Shown here in pieces: positions 17,869 to 28,602 of a stretch of 64,000 bases of DNA. The stretch is from Abditibacterium sp. (GTDB taxonomy: Bacteria; Armatimonadota; Abditibacteriia; Abditibacteriales; Abditibacteriaceae). The notes below the pieces were generated by a model, which was given only the letters and a program-made list of their open reading frames with translations, searched no databases and was not told the origin of the DNA. Numbering within the stretch: position 1 is the first letter of the stretch; the number at the start of each line of letters is the position of its first letter. Both the position numbers and the translations under genes were made by a program. The stretch lies in assembly GCA_965246885.1 (NCBI GenBank), contig OZ251992.1, positions 1,888,001-1,952,000 of the forward strand. Reading direction: 5' to 3'.

Positions 17869-18618
17869 TCAGCACTTTTCCAACGCCCAGACCTCGACTT
17901 CGACGCCGGGCGAATAAAGGACGTGCGGGGCGCCATGCGGAGCGGAAAACCCTGCGGCACGGACGCAGTTCTCGCGCAGAGACAGCAAGCGCGCGCTTTG
18001 AAGGGGGTACGGCTCGTGATGAACGCGCCCGCGAAACAGTTGGCCGCCACGCTTGGAGTAGAGGACGTACCGCTCGGCCAAAAATTCTTCAAGAGAATCC
18101 GGCGCGGCGGGGTGCGGCTTTCCCAACGGCTCCCAGCGCGCGTGGCAAACGGCGGGTTTGGGCGCGGGCCAGAGGCGCGTTGACCAGAAATCGAAGCGGT
18201 TCCCGCGCTCAGTGAGTCTCATGCGCGCCTTAAAGTAGGGCAAGCGGAACCAAGAGCGGGCGGTCAAGACGGCAAGTGACGAAGCGGCGTCGAGGGAGAA
18301 AAACCACACGCCCGGAACACCGTCGCGCAGGACGTAGGTGCGCACGTTCAGTTCAGGAAAGCGGGAGTAGAAGTGCCCGTAGCGTCCCAATTCCGGCAAG
18401 GGGCGCGGGTTGACGCGGGCCATGCGGAACGGCACCAACCCCACATAAGCGCGCCCCTCGAAGGTGTCCAGTTCGAGGCCATCGGGAAGCAAGGCTTGTA
18501 CGGCTTTAGGCGGATATTGCCAATGCAGAAAGAGCAAATTCCGCCAATGTGGGCGCATCACAACCGGCCCATCGGGGCGATAACGCGACACACGCGCGCC
18601 TTGAAGGGAACGACTCAT
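17869..18618 (-). CDS. DUF2071 (YqjF) family protein
   Basis: WRNLLFLHW, LELDTFEG, FPELNVRTYV, PGVWFFSLDA, FLAERY. Confidence 0.9.
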   Translation of the reverse strand: MSRSLQGARVSRYRPDGPVVMRPHWRNLLFLHWQYPPKAVQALLPDGLELDTFEGRAYVGLVPFRMARVNPRPLPELGRYGHFYSRFPELNVRTYVLRDGVPGVWFFSLDAASSLAVLTARSWFRLPYFKARMRLTERGNRFDFWSTRLWPAPKPAVCHARWEPLGKPHPAAPDSLEEFLAERYVLYSKRGGQLFRGRVHHEPYPLQSARLLSLRENCVRAAGFSAPHGAPHVLYSPGVEVEVWALEKC

Positions 18619-18971
18619 AAGCCGAACCTTGCGGACAATTTGGAAAAGAATGGGCGATTGCGGGCGACGAGGGCGTAGCCAATCTCGATGAATGGTAAGA
18701 AGACGGGCCATTCGCCGATGCGGGCGAGGCGATTCCATTTGGTGAATCTTCCCAGAAACATGACGGCGCGCCCGGCATGAAGCAGGTCTCCGTTGGCTTT
18801 GACGACGTGGATAGCTTTAGTGCACGCGGCGCGCAGGTCGGGCGACAAGGCCACGTCTTGAAAGGGCGCAAATTCGAGGGCGCCAAAGCGGTCGCGCGCG
18901 CCAAGCCACTCGACGCAGCGCCGACAAAAGTCGCACTCGCCGTCCCACAAGACCAAATGTTTCCGGTTCAT
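18615..18971 (-). CDS. DUF393/DCC thiol-disulfide oxidoreductase family
   Basis: [16 protein letters not shown]. Confidence 0.88.
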   Translation of the reverse strand: MNRKHLVLWDGECDFCRRCVEWLGARDRFGALEFAPFQDVALSPDLRAACTKAIHVVKANGDLLHAGRAVMFLGRFTKWNRLARIGEWPVFLPFIEIGYALVARNRPFFSKLSARFGL

Positions 18972-18986
18972 TTAAAATCTAAGGCT

Positions 18987-19475
18987 ATGGATAAGTCCAA
19001 GTTGATTGCCATCATCGCCCTTGTCGTCGGAATAGGTGCTATTGCCGCCTTCAAAGAAAAGCCGTTGCCGCCCGATGAGGACGACGACCACCACGACACT
19101 CCCGCCGAAACCACGCCCACCCCGAAGTTCGATGTCGTGGGCGGCGTGAAGGCGCTGGGCATCAAAGACGTCACGGTCGGCACCGGCCCCGTCGCCAAAA
19201 ACGGCGACACCGTCAGCGTTCAATACACCGGCAAGCTGCTCAATGGCACTACGTTCGACTCCTCAGTGGGCAAAGACCCTTTGGAGTTCAAGTTAGGCAC
19301 CGGCGGCGTCATTAAGGGTTGGGACGAGGGCGTTCTGGGCATGAAAGTGGGCGGCAAGCGCGAGCTAACCATCCCCGGCTCGCTCGCCTATGGCTCTAAG
19401 GGCACACATGGCATCCCGCCCAACGCCACGCTTAAGTTTGACGTCGAGTTATTCACCGTCAACGGCAAGAAATAG
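18987..19475 (+). CDS. FKBP-type peptidyl-prolyl isomerase, membrane-anchored or exported
   Basis: [36 protein letters not shown]. Confidence 0.93.
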   Translation: MDKSKLIAIIALVVGIGAIAAFKEKPLPPDEDDDHHDTPAETTPTPKFDVVGGVKALGIKDVTVGTGPVAKNGDTVSVQYTGKLLNGTTFDSSVGKDPLEFKLGTGGVIKGWDEGVLGMKVGGKRELTIPGSLAYGSKGTHGIPPNATLKFDVELFTVNGKK

Positions 19476-19571
19476 GGCGGTGCCGGGAGGTGCTGTTAAA
19501 CTTGCTGCTCCGCAGCAAGCGGGGACGGCACGACTGGCCCCACAAAGCCCCTCCCGTTCATCGCTCCTCGC

Positions 19572-20942
19572 TTATTCTGGCTCGGCGCTTCCCTCCAAGA
19601 TGAGGCCGCGCGTTTGCGGGAAGCGGGCATACCAAAGCTCCAAAGCGTCGTGCAGGTGTTTGGCGTAGCGGTAGTGCGCGCCCAAGCCGGTGCGCAGTTC
19701 CGCTTCGTAGATGAACTTGTCGGCGGTGGTGGTGTGCTCGAAAGCGAATTGCGCGCCGAGCAGAAGCCAGTAAACCCCCTGCGGCCCGACGTGTTCGCGC
19801 GCCGCCGCTTCGGTTTGGCGCTCGCCGATGTCCAACAGGGCGCGCAGTTCCGGGTTGTCCGGCGCTTGGTCGCGGGCGCCGTAGAAACCGCGCGGTTGCC
19901 ACCCGACGGACTTGGAGCCGGTGCGGTGACGGTTGAGGTCGCGCAGTTCGGCCAACGCGACGGCGCTCCAGCCAAAGGAGACGCCCGTCATTTGCAAGTC
20001 GCGGCCAACGGGCGCATAGCGGTTGTCGTGAAAGCGCAAGTCTTGGGCGAAGCGGCGCGCGGCTTCTTCGTCGGAGTGGGTGCCGGGAAGCAGGACGCGC
20101 AACGAGGCGTTAGCGGGCGCTTCGCCCTCGCACGATGGCGCAGTGGGTTGCTCCGTTTCCACACGCAAGGCGCTTTGCAAGGAAGGTTGCGCGGTCGCGT
20201 GCTTGATGAGGCGCGGCGCCACAAGCGCGAGTTCGTCGCGGATGAGCGCGCCCAAACTTTGCGATTCGGGCAGGGGATGAGAGAGCAACTGCTGGCACAG
20301 CCCGACCCACGCGCGCGCGGATTGGACGAGCATGACGTTGGTCTTGAGCGCGGCAGGCAAGAAGTAGCGGGCGCGGTCGAAGGCGTAGTTGCGCTTCATG
20401 CGGGCGACGGTTTTCTGCGCTTTCTCGCTCGAATCGCCCAACAACTCGGCAGGGATGCGCGTGACGGCGGGGTCAGCTTCGGCGACGCCTTCCCAGAACG
20501 TGACGGCGCGCTCGTAGGCCGCGAGCGCTTCGCTCATGGCAGCGTGCCATTGGGCTTGGGCGGGGGCGGGGATGCCCAACTCGCTGGGGTCGGGCAGGTT
20601 ATCGGGCGACAAGCGGATGTAGCGCGTCGAGGACTCCTGCCCACCCGCGAGCGGGCACAAACCCCACACGTGGAAGGCGAGCCACATGGAAACCCCGTCG
20701 AGGAAAATGGCGACCGGCGCCATGTCCGCGACGCTGGCGTGCCCATAGTCAATCATCCGAAAGATGGAATCAACGGACTTATCGGGGTTAGCCGGGTCTA
20801 TGCGGGCGAGGATGGCTTCCAGACCATCGTTCGAGCGGGAATAACGCGCGCCGGTCGCGGCCAAAAGTTCGGGGGTAAGCGCAGGCCGCCCCGCGTCGGT
20901 GGCGGCTTGGGTGGGGCAAAGGGCAACGTGGGTGGCGCGCAT
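19572..20942 (-). CDS. thyX: Tandem-domain FAD-dependent thymidylate synthase (ThyX-like)
   Basis: GARYSRS, YGHASVADMA, QESSTRY, FDRARYFLP, LRDLNRHRT. Confidence 0.7.
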   Translation of the reverse strand: MRATHVALCPTQAATDAGRPALTPELLAATGARYSRSNDGLEAILARIDPANPDKSVDSIFRMIDYGHASVADMAPVAIFLDGVSMWLAFHVWGLCPLAGGQESSTRYIRLSPDNLPDPSELGIPAPAQAQWHAAMSEALAAYERAVTFWEGVAEADPAVTRIPAELLGDSSEKAQKTVARMKRNYAFDRARYFLPAALKTNVMLVQSARAWVGLCQQLLSHPLPESQSLGALIRDELALVAPRLIKHATAQPSLQSALRVETEQPTAPSCEGEAPANASLRVLLPGTHSDEEAARRFAQDLRFHDNRYAPVGRDLQMTGVSFGWSAVALAELRDLNRHRTGSKSVGWQPRGFYGARDQAPDNPELRALLDIGERQTEAAAREHVGPQGVYWLLLGAQFAFEHTTTADKFIYEAELRTGLGAHYRYAKHLHDALELWYARFPQTRGLILEGSAEPE

Positions 20943-20984
20943 GAAAGAAGCGGCCCGCAGTTTAGGGCGGGCCGCTTGGGAGGT

Positions 20985-23777
20985 TTAACCGTCACCCCCA
21001 TCGCCATCGTCGCCCATGCTCGCGTCCGTGCTGTTCTTGACCCTAAAGGCGGCGTTGATGCGGCGCACGGCGTCAGTGGCGAAGAGGCGGGTGAGGGTGT
21101 CGGGCGAGCTTTGCGCAGTTTGCTGAAGGGCGGTGCGCAGCGTTTTGAGATCGCCCTGCGCCAGCAGGCGGGCATCAAGGGGCGCCGTCGGCATCTTGTC
21201 GGTCGCCATTTGGATGAGCAGTTGCAAGTGGTTGCGCGCGAGGTCGCGCTGTAAGTCGTCGTAGACCGTCTTCGGCCCAATTTGCCCCCAGACGCCTACG
21301 CGCGCACTTTGGAACAGTGTCGGGAGCGGCAGAGTTTGGCCGGGGAACTTGAAGTTCCCGTTGGACAAGCGGCGCAGGCGCGCGGAGTCGAAGAGGTCGA
21401 GGAGCAGTCCGGTGCGCAGGTTGGTGATTTGGTCGCGGATGGGAAAGGCGCTTTGAGCGGTGGCGTCGTTGATGTCGAGCAAGTCGGGCGAGGTCTTGGT
21501 GAGGTAAGACTGCGGCACGCGCCATGCGTGCTCATCGAAGACGAAGCGCTTCATCAGGTCGAGGGCGCGCTGCTGCTGGGCCAAGGGGATGGGGGTGAAC
21601 GGCTCGATGCGGGTCTTGTCGCCCTTGACGACGCGGCGCACGCGAAAGCCGCCGATGAAGCGCTGCGTGTTGTCGGCGTCCACCGTTAAGGAAGACAGCA
21701 ACCCGCGCAAGCGGCGGGTGAAGTAAGCGTAGGACTGGCCGGTCTTCGGCTCGCGCTTGCCGAGGGTGTCCAACAGGTAGCGGGTGACGCCAAAGGACTT
21801 CTCGGCGTAAGCGAGCGGGTCGCTGCTAAGGTCGTAGCGGACGTTGGTGGGGTCGTAGCCGTCGGCGAGTTCGTCGCCGTAGTAAACGAGGCCCGGCTCG
21901 CCGTTGCGGTTGGCAATGGCGGGTAAGGCTTTTTCGTTCGCGCTGTAGCCGTAGGCGATGGCCCAGTAGTCGTACTTTCCCGGCCCACGACTGTAAAGCG
22001 GCGCGTGGGTGCGCAGGCCAAAGACGTTGAAGCCGACGTAATCCATGATGCTGGCGGACACATTGTTCGCGCGCACGGTCGCGGGGTCGGCCAGTTGTTT
22101 CGGGGACAGGTACGTGGAGCCGACGAAGTTGTGGCGCAGGCCGAGAATATGCCCGAACTCGTGGCAGACGATGGCGCGCAGAAGATCGTCCACGTATTGC
22201 TCGTCGTTAAAGCGCGGGTCAACGGACTGCGCCGCGTCCAAACCAAGCGCGGCGTTGTCGGCGATTTGCCCGTCCAGTTCGCACGCTTCGCCCGCGACGG
22301 TGCTGCTTGTTTTGGGCGCGCGGGCGCCGTGCGAAGCGAGCGGGTCAATAATTTGGTTCTTTTCGCGGTAGCCGATGCGGGCGAAGTTGGCGTTGACGGT
22401 GATGGAAGCGTTGATGATTTCGCCCGTCAAAGGGTTCTCACGCAGTAGAGCGACGGCGTAGGCGCCGGAACTGGACGGGGGCGAAGCGACCCAGCGCAAG
22501 GTGTTGAAGCGCATGTCGGCGTGGTCGTACTCTTGGTCTTGCTTGGTGGTTTGCTTGGGCGCGTCGCGCACGACGACCGCGCCCTCGATGCCCAGCCGCT
22601 CGAACGTGGCGTTCCAAGAAAGGATGCCCTCGCGCATGGCTTTGCGGTAGCGGACGGGCACGGAGTCGTCTATCAGGAAGGTGATGGGCTTAACCGGCGG
22701 CGACATTTTGGCGTCGGGGTCAGCTTTACGCAGGTTCCACCGGTTGATGTAGTGGGTGCGCGGGTCGGTGGCGGCTTCGTTGTCGAAGTTCTCGAAGCCG
22801 GAGCGGTTAGCGGACAATTGGCCGTTGATAAAGTAGCCGATGCGCGGGTCGGCGAGTCGGGGCTTGTAGCCGTTGTCGGTCGGGAGGCCGTAGACGTTAA
22901 ACGTCACGCGGATGGGAAGTGAGCGCGGGTCGGCTTGGGTGGGCGAGCCGCCGGAACTGCCGGTGCGCCGGAAGTGATAGAGCGACTCCACGACGAGGTT
23001 GGTGGGGAAGTTGCGCAGGCGCTCGATAAAGCTGAGTTCCGGGTCGAGGGCGTACGACCCAGCGCCGGTTAGTTCCGAAAACGGCCCGCCGCGAAAGGCG
23101 GTGTCGAGGCCGGGGATGGAGCCATCGAAGAACGAGGAGAAGTCAACTAACAGGGTCTTCTTCTTGTCGTCGGTCGCCAAAATGGGCGTGATGTCGAGAA
23201 AAGCATCGGGGAAGTCGCGCTCGACGGCGATTTTAAGATTCGGGTCGGTGGAGCGATACCACAAGTTGGGCGTGACGACGGCCAAGCGGTTGTCGGGCGT
23301 TTTTTGCCAGCGCCACACGGTGTCATCGGCGGGGCGCCCCGCAACGGCGCTTCCGGCGTTGCCGGTCGCAAAGGTGGATTGCAAGAGGAAAAGGGGGCCA
23401 ATTTGCGACTCCTTGATTTCGACGAGCAGCTTTTGCTTGTTGTCGGCGGTGCGGCGGTAGATGGTGAACAAGCCCTCGATCTTCTCGTAGTTCTTGGTGA
23501 GTTGCTCGATGGTTTTGGGCTTGGGCGTCGCTTCGGGGTCTGGCGTGGGCGCGGGGGTGCCTTGCGGGGCGGCGGGGCCTTTTTTAGCGGAGCCGGGGGT
23601 GTCGTCTTTGCGCGGGTCTTGAACCGGAGTGCCAACGGGCGTGGGCGTGATTCCCGGCGCGGGTGGGGCGGGTGTGGGAGCGGCAGTGGCCTTGGGAGCG
23701 GGGGTGGGCGGGACTTGGGCGAGGGACGCGCGCGACAGTAGCAAGGGCAGCGCGAGCGCGAGGAAAATTCGGTTCAT
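20985..23777 (-). CDS. Secreted zinc metalloprotease (EcxA-like, DUF5117/DUF4953)
   Basis: Signal peptide; PRLADPRIGYF, HEFGHILGLRHNF, Met-turn SIMDY. Confidence 0.88.
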   Translation of the reverse strand: MNRIFLALALPLLLSRASLAQVPPTPAPKATAAPTPAPPAPGITPTPVGTPVQDPRKDDTPGSAKKGPAAPQGTPAPTPDPEATPKPKTIEQLTKNYEKIEGLFTIYRRTADNKQKLLVEIKESQIGPLFLLQSTFATGNAGSAVAGRPADDTVWRWQKTPDNRLAVVTPNLWYRSTDPNLKIAVERDFPDAFLDITPILATDDKKKTLLVDFSSFFDGSIPGLDTAFRGGPFSELTGAGSYALDPELSFIERLRNFPTNLVVESLYHFRRTGSSGGSPTQADPRSLPIRVTFNVYGLPTDNGYKPRLADPRIGYFINGQLSANRSGFENFDNEAATDPRTHYINRWNLRKADPDAKMSPPVKPITFLIDDSVPVRYRKAMREGILSWNATFERLGIEGAVVVRDAPKQTTKQDQEYDHADMRFNTLRWVASPPSSSGAYAVALLRENPLTGEIINASITVNANFARIGYREKNQIIDPLASHGARAPKTSSTVAGEACELDGQIADNAALGLDAAQSVDPRFNDEQYVDDLLRAIVCHEFGHILGLRHNFVGSTYLSPKQLADPATVRANNVSASIMDYVGFNVFGLRTHAPLYSRGPGKYDYWAIAYGYSANEKALPAIANRNGEPGLVYYGDELADGYDPTNVRYDLSSDPLAYAEKSFGVTRYLLDTLGKREPKTGQSYAYFTRRLRGLLSSLTVDADNTQRFIGGFRVRRVVKGDKTRIEPFTPIPLAQQQRALDLMKRFVFDEHAWRVPQSYLTKTSPDLLDINDATAQSAFPIRDQITNLRTGLLLDLFDSARLRRLSNGNFKFPGQTLPLPTLFQSARVGVWGQIGPKTVYDDLQRDLARNHLQLLIQMATDKMPTAPLDARLLAQGDLKTLRTALQQTAQSSPDTLTRLFATDAVRRINAAFRVKNSTDASMGDDGDGGDG

Positions 23778-23839
23778 GGAAAAGGCAGAAAAAGGACTTG
23801 CCACGCCCCCGCGCGGTTGCGCGGAAAAGCGGAAGAGTC

Positions 23840-23945
23840 GAGCGAATCAATTCGCAGCCAGCGAGAGCGTCAACCTTCGTTGACGTAAGACAGGAATTCC
23901 GTCGGCGAAGGCCGAGGTTCTCGCTGGCTGCGAATTAATTCGCTC
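23840..23945. repeat. Inverted REP doublet (REPIN-like)
   Basis: GAGCGAATCAATTCGCAGCCAGCGAGA ... TCTCGCTGGCTGCGAATTAATTCGCTC. Confidence 0.8.
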
Positions 23946-24722
23946 TTAGTCAAACACCCAGCGCGCCGACACCTGCGGCACGCCCGATTCGGGGTGCGGC
24001 GTCACGCTCATAGGGAGGCCAAAGACGCGTTCCAACGTCTCGGCGCGCAGCACCTCCGATGCGCTTCCGCTCGCGGCAACTCTCCCGCTTTCGTCGAGTA
24101 GGAGGAGCGTGTCGGCGATGCGCGCGGCGAGGTTGAGGTCGTGCAGCGACACGAGGCACGCCAACCCGTCTTCGCGCGCGACCCGGCGCACCACGCCCAG
24201 TATTTCGTGCTGAAAGCGGACATCGAGCGCGCTTACGGGTTCGTCCAGCAACAGTAGGGGCGCGCCCGTTGCCAACGCGCGCGGCAAAAGCGCCCGCCCG
24301 CGCTCGCCGCCCGACAGTTCTCCCAACTTGCGCCCCCGCAGGTCGGGCGCGACACGCGCGATTTGCGCTTCGACCGCCGCCTTGTCCGTCGCCGTTGGCG
24401 TGCCGTAGGGCGGCAGGTGCGGCGTGCGGCCCAGCATCGCCATCTCCTCAATCGTTAGTTCCAGCCCGCCGCCGAAGTTTTGCGGTAACAGCGCCACCAA
24501 GCGCGCGCGGGCACGCTTGTCGAGGGGGAAGGGCGCCCCGTCCCACGTGATGTCGCCGCTTTGCAGCGCGACCAAGCCCGCGAGCGCCCGCAGCAGGGTG
24601 GACTTGCCCGACCCGTTCGGCCCCAACAAGGCGCACATCTGCCCGCGCGCGACGCGCAACGACACGCTTTGCAACACGCGGCGCGCGCCCAACTGGACGG
24701 ACAAGGAGTGGACTTCGAGCAT
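23946..24722 (-). CDS. Iron-chelate/cobalamin ABC transporter ATPase
   Basis: GPNGSGKST, LSGGE, LLLDEP, LHDLNLA. Confidence 0.88.
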   Translation of the reverse strand: MLEVHSLSVQLGARRVLQSVSLRVARGQMCALLGPNGSGKSTLLRALAGLVALQSGDITWDGAPFPLDKRARARLVALLPQNFGGGLELTIEEMAMLGRTPHLPPYGTPTATDKAAVEAQIARVAPDLRGRKLGELSGGERGRALLPRALATGAPLLLLDEPVSALDVRFQHEILGVVRRVAREDGLACLVSLHDLNLAARIADTLLLLDESGRVAASGSASEVLRAETLERVFGLPMSVTPHPESGVPQVSARWVFD

Positions 24723-24746
24723 GGCGGGCGAAAAGGATACGGCGCC

Positions 24747-25667
24747 CTAAACCGCGTTCGCCACGAAGCCGAGCGGCACCACGACGCGCAACGCGCGCGG
24801 CCACACGCTGAGCGCAAGGGGCGTGTGTTGGTTGATTTCGCCGTCCACGTTGACCTTAAGGCGCCTGCCAAGGCTTTCGACGCGCAGTTCTTTGGTCTCG
24901 AAAAAGGGGACTTCGGCGGCTTCGATGTGCGAGTCGCGCATCCAATGCCACGCGGCGCGCGCCAACTCCCACTTGGAATCGCCGCCCAGAGCGAAGACGG
25001 TTAGCTCGCTGTCTTGGAGCGAGGCGTCCTCGCTCGCGCGAATCGGCCCCGCGACGTAGCGCCCGTTGGCGACCATGAGTTGATGGGTGCGGAACGTCTC
25101 GCCGCCCTTGTCGCTGACCAAGCGCAAGCGCACCGCGCGGTGCCCCAACGCCACGCGCGCGCCGATGACAGGCCACGACAAAACGCCCAGTTTGCGCTTA
25201 ATCTCTTCGGTGAGCGCTCCGGCAATTTCGGCGCTCAGGCCGATGGACACGGAGTTGAGGAACACCCGCCCGTTGCACTTCCCGACATCCACCGCTTCGA
25301 TGCGCCCGCCGCCGATGGTTTTGGCGGCGCCTTCCAAGTCCACCGACAATCCCAGCGAGCGCACAAAAGTGTTGCCCGTGCCCATCGGAAGCACGCCCAT
25401 CGCTACCTCGCTTCCGGCCAAGAACCCCGCGCACGCCGAGAGGGTTCCATCGCCGCCGCCAACGACGACCAAACGCGCTTTGGCTTCGATTTCGCGGCGT
25501 AGCAATCGCTCCGTTTCGGCCTTGTCGCGCGTGAGGACGGCTTCCTTGACCTCGACTCCCGCCGCGCGTAAGCGGGCGACGGCGTCGCCGAACTGGGCGC
25601 GGCCTTGGCGGGAGTGGCCGTTGACGAGGAGCAACACGGGGGCAGAAGCGGAGGGCGAATCGGGCAT
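24747..25667 (-). CDS. Diacylglycerol kinase (YegS/BmrU) family lipid kinase
   Basis: GGGDGT, LPMGTGN, NGRYVAG, VDGE. Confidence 0.9.
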   Translation of the reverse strand: MPDSPSASAPVLLLVNGHSRQGRAQFGDAVARLRAAGVEVKEAVLTRDKAETERLLRREIEAKARLVVVGGGDGTLSACAGFLAGSEVAMGVLPMGTGNTFVRSLGLSVDLEGAAKTIGGGRIEAVDVGKCNGRVFLNSVSIGLSAEIAGALTEEIKRKLGVLSWPVIGARVALGHRAVRLRLVSDKGGETFRTHQLMVANGRYVAGPIRASEDASLQDSELTVFALGGDSKWELARAAWHWMRDSHIEAAEVPFFETKELRVESLGRRLKVNVDGEINQHTPLALSVWPRALRVVVPLGFVANAV

Positions 25668-25729
25668 AGGCGCCCCTAACGGGGCAAATCGGCTTCCTTA
25701 ACACTTGCGTCTGTTATTGGCGGAAGCCG

Positions 25730-25756
25730 GGAACAAAACGCGCCCGTTAGGTCTTA
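25730..25756 (+). promoter_or_regulatory. Putative ECF sigma promoter
   Basis: GGAAC-N16-GTCTTA, 16 nt upstream of ATG 25773. Confidence 0.5.
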
Positions 25757-25772
25757 TATCTTACGCATCGCC

Positions 25773-26750
25773 ATGAAACCACTCATTACCCGCGTCGCTT
25801 TCGTGCTGGCCGCTTCCACTGCAATCCTCGCGTGGAACGCCCAAACCAAAACCAACCAAGCCCAAGCCGCCAAGCCCACGCCTTCCAAAGCGCCGGAATT
25901 CATCGGTCAAAAGGAACAGTGGCTTAACACGGACGGAAAGCGCCTCACCCTCGCTTCGCGGCGGGGCAAAGTGACCATCGTCGAGTTCTTCGCCTTCGAG
26001 TGCTCCAACTGCCGCGCCAACGTGTCGGCCTACAAAACGTGGGCGAATCAGTGGCAAGCGCGCGGCGTCGAAGTCGTCGGCATCCACACCCCTGAACTCC
26101 CCGCCGAGCGCGACCCGAAAAACGTTGCCAAATACGCTCGCGAGGAAGGTTTGACCTTTCCGATTCTCATTGACGGCAACGGTGCCAACTGGAACGCTTG
26201 GAAGCAGCACTTCTGGCCCACCATCTACGTCGTGGACGGCGAAGGACACGTCCGCTTCAAGTGGGAAGGCGAACTCGAATCGGGCGGCGCCAAAGGCACC
26301 GCGCAAGTCAACAAGCAGGTCGAGGCCATCCTCGCCGAAACCGCCACACCGGGAAAAATCATGAAAACAGACGCCGAATGGAAGCGCGAACTCTCGCCCA
26401 AAGCCTATGACGTGCTCCGGCACGCCGGAACCGAAGCGCCTTATAGCGGCGCCCTCTGGGACAACCACGAAGCCGGAACCTACCACTGCGCCGGGTGCAA
26501 CCTGCCGCTCTTTTCCAGCGACACCAAGTTCGAGTCCGGGACGGGCTGGCCCTCCTTCTACCAAGCCCTGAGCAAGGGCGCGGTCATCGAAAAGACCGAC
26601 ACCACCCTTGGCATGAGCCGCACGGAAGTGTTGTGCGCGCGGTGCGGCGGGCACTTGGGCCACGTCTTCGATGACGGCCCCAAGCCGACCGGCCTGCGCT
26701 ATTGCATGAACTCCGCCGCGCTTACCTTCGAGAAGAAGGCCGCGAAGTGA
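25773..26750 (+). CDS. msrB: Exported redoxin (CxxC)-MsrB fusion
   Basis: Signal peptide; WLNT, FECSNC, IGIHTPE, WPT; then [40 protein letters not shown]. Confidence 0.92.
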   Translation: MKPLITRVAFVLAASTAILAWNAQTKTNQAQAAKPTPSKAPEFIGQKEQWLNTDGKRLTLASRRGKVTIVEFFAFECSNCRANVSAYKTWANQWQARGVEVVGIHTPELPAERDPKNVAKYAREEGLTFPILIDGNGANWNAWKQHFWPTIYVVDGEGHVRFKWEGELESGGAKGTAQVNKQVEAILAETATPGKIMKTDAEWKRELSPKAYDVLRHAGTEAPYSGALWDNHEAGTYHCAGCNLPLFSSDTKFESGTGWPSFYQALSKGAVIEKTDTTLGMSRTEVLCARCGGHLGHVFDDGPKPTGLRYCMNSAALTFEKKAAK

Positions 26751-27511
26751 AGCGCCTCGAAGCCAAGCACCCGCTCGCCATTCGCTGGTTTCACTGGATC
26801 AACTTCCCGGTGCTCAGCTTGATGGTGTGGAGCGGGCTGCTCATCTACTGGGCCAACGATGTCTACCGCATCGGCATCGGGCACTGGACGCTCGTCCATC
26901 TCTTTCCGCAGTGGTTCTATGAAAGGTTGGGCCTCGCTATCCCCAACGGTGACGGCACTGATAGCGGGCGCTTGGGCGAAGGGATGGCGTGGCACTTCGT
27001 CTTTGCATGGGCGTTCGCGCTCAACGGCTTGGCTTACGTCCTCTATGTCGCGCTGTCGGGCGAGTGGCGCTACTTACTCCCGACGCGCAAGACGCTGGGC
27101 GAGGCCATCCAAGTGGTCTTGCACGACCTCCACATCCGCAAAGCCCCGCTCCCGCGCGCCAAGTTCAACGGCGCGCAGCGCATCGCTTATACGAGCGTCA
27201 TCGTGATGGGCTTTGGCTCGCTCGTGACGGGGCTGGCCATTTACAAGCCGGTGCAGGTCGGCATCGTCACCCGCATCCTGACCCTCACGATGTTTGGTGC
27301 CAGTGGCTACGAAGTCGCGCGCTGGCTGCATTTCTGGCTGACGTGGGCGTTTTGCGCGTTCTTCCTCGTCCACGTCGCGCAGGTCGTGCGCGCCGGATGG
27401 AACAACTTCCGCGCCATGATCACTGGCTACGAGATCGTCCAAGACGACCCCATGCCGCAACTTGCCACCCCAACCGAAACCGCACCGAAGGAAATTGCCC
27501 ATGTCGCCTAA
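26747..27511 (+). CDS. Cytochrome b (PhsC/Ni-hydrogenase cytochrome b-like) membrane subunit
   Basis: [44 protein letters not shown] overlap with msrB. Confidence 0.85.
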   Translation: MKRLEAKHPLAIRWFHWINFPVLSLMVWSGLLIYWANDVYRIGIGHWTLVHLFPQWFYERLGLAIPNGDGTDSGRLGEGMAWHFVFAWAFALNGLAYVLYVALSGEWRYLLPTRKTLGEAIQVVLHDLHIRKAPLPRAKFNGAQRIAYTSVIVMGFGSLVTGLAIYKPVQVGIVTRILTLTMFGASGYEVARWLHFWLTWAFCAFFLVHVAQVVRAGWNNFRAMITGYEIVQDDPMPQLATPTETAPKEIAHVA

Positions 27512-27689
27512 CACCCAAACCGAAATCTTGCCCGAACCGCCCGACCAGCAACATATCCAATGCGCCCAAGGCTGCACGCCCGCGCACCGCAAACTGCGCC
27601 GCGTCATGCTGTCCATTGTGGGCGTGCTCATCCTCGCGATCCTCGGCACGCTTATTTTTATCGCCCACACGGGAGGACTCACGCCGTGA
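27501..27689 (+). CDS. Small single-TM protein
   Basis: Overlaps both neighbours; HIQCAQGCTPAH followed by a hydrophobic helix. Confidence 0.55.
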   Translation: MSPNTQTEILPEPPDQQHIQCAQGCTPAHRKLRRVMLSIVGVLILAILGTLIFIAHTGGLTP

Positions 27690-28585
27690 CCGAACCCGAA
27701 TCACCCGAAGAAGCGCCCACCCCGGCGGAAGACGCGCCGCCTTCGGCACCCGTCGAGACCACGCCCGAAATCGAGCGCGCGACCGTCCCCGCCGCTCCAA
27801 AGATGCAGGCGGAAGAGGGAGAGGATGCCGAGCGCGCCATGCGCAAGCTGTCACGCCGGTCGTTCATGTGGGCGGGCGCGGCGGCTTTGGGCGTTTTCGG
27901 GGCGCAGCGTTGGATTAACACGCGGCGCACCGAAGACGGCCTCGTGTGGCCGCTCCGCCGCGCGCTCGATACGCAGGGCGATATTACGCATGACTTGTTC
28001 TCCCCCGCGCGCCTCGCGCCGGAGTGGAACCCCAAGCAGGCCCGCGAGCCGCGCACCAACGGCGACATCGGCATGGGCGACGACTTCGACCCCTCCGACT
28101 GGAAGTTGCACGTCACCGGCTTGGCCGATGGTGACTTGGAGTTGCCCCTCCACGCCATTGCCGCGCTTCCGCAACATGCGATGACCACCGAGATGAAGTG
28201 CATCGAAGGCTGGAGCGTCATTGTGTCGTGGAGTGGCGCGCGCTTTTCCGACTTCCTCCGCCGCTACCCGCCCTCTACCCTAAGCGGCAACGCTTATAAC
28301 CTGTCCAAGCCGGACGACCTGCCGCCCTATGTCGGCATGGCCACGCCCGACGGCGCGTATTACGTCGGCCTCGACCGTGAAGCCGCGCTCCATCCGCAAA
28401 CCCTGCTGTGCACCCACATGAACGGCCAGCCGCTCACGCTCGAACACGGCGCTCCCTTGCGCTTAGTGGTGCCCGTCAAATACGGCGTCAAGCACATCAA
28501 GCGCATCGGGAAGATTACGCTCACGAGCGAGCGCCCTGCCGACTACTGGGCCGAGCAGGGGTATGATTGGTATGGCGGGCACTAA
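27686..28585 (+). CDS. Molybdopterin-dependent oxidoreductase (sulfite oxidase/MsrP-like)
   Basis: SRRSFM twin-arginine-like motif; KCIEGWS, HPQTLL, HGAPLRLVVPVKYGVKHIK, YWAEQGYDW. Confidence 0.88.
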   Translation: MTEPESPEEAPTPAEDAPPSAPVETTPEIERATVPAAPKMQAEEGEDAERAMRKLSRRSFMWAGAAALGVFGAQRWINTRRTEDGLVWPLRRALDTQGDITHDLFSPARLAPEWNPKQAREPRTNGDIGMGDDFDPSDWKLHVTGLADGDLELPLHAIAALPQHAMTTEMKCIEGWSVIVSWSGARFSDFLRRYPPSTLSGNAYNLSKPDDLPPYVGMATPDGAYYVGLDREAALHPQTLLCTHMNGQPLTLEHGAPLRLVVPVKYGVKHIKRIGKITLTSERPADYWAEQGYDWYGGH

Positions 28586-28602
28586 GCGACTGCCGCTCTC
28601 AC

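Noticed and set aside
17545..18183. 212-aa ORF spanning the GGGAGG array
   Set aside because: Low-complexity heptads overlapping the DUF2071 gene antisense; no independent coding evidence
19614..21254. 546-aa plus-strand ORF
   Set aside because: Antisense shadow of the thyX-like and protease genes
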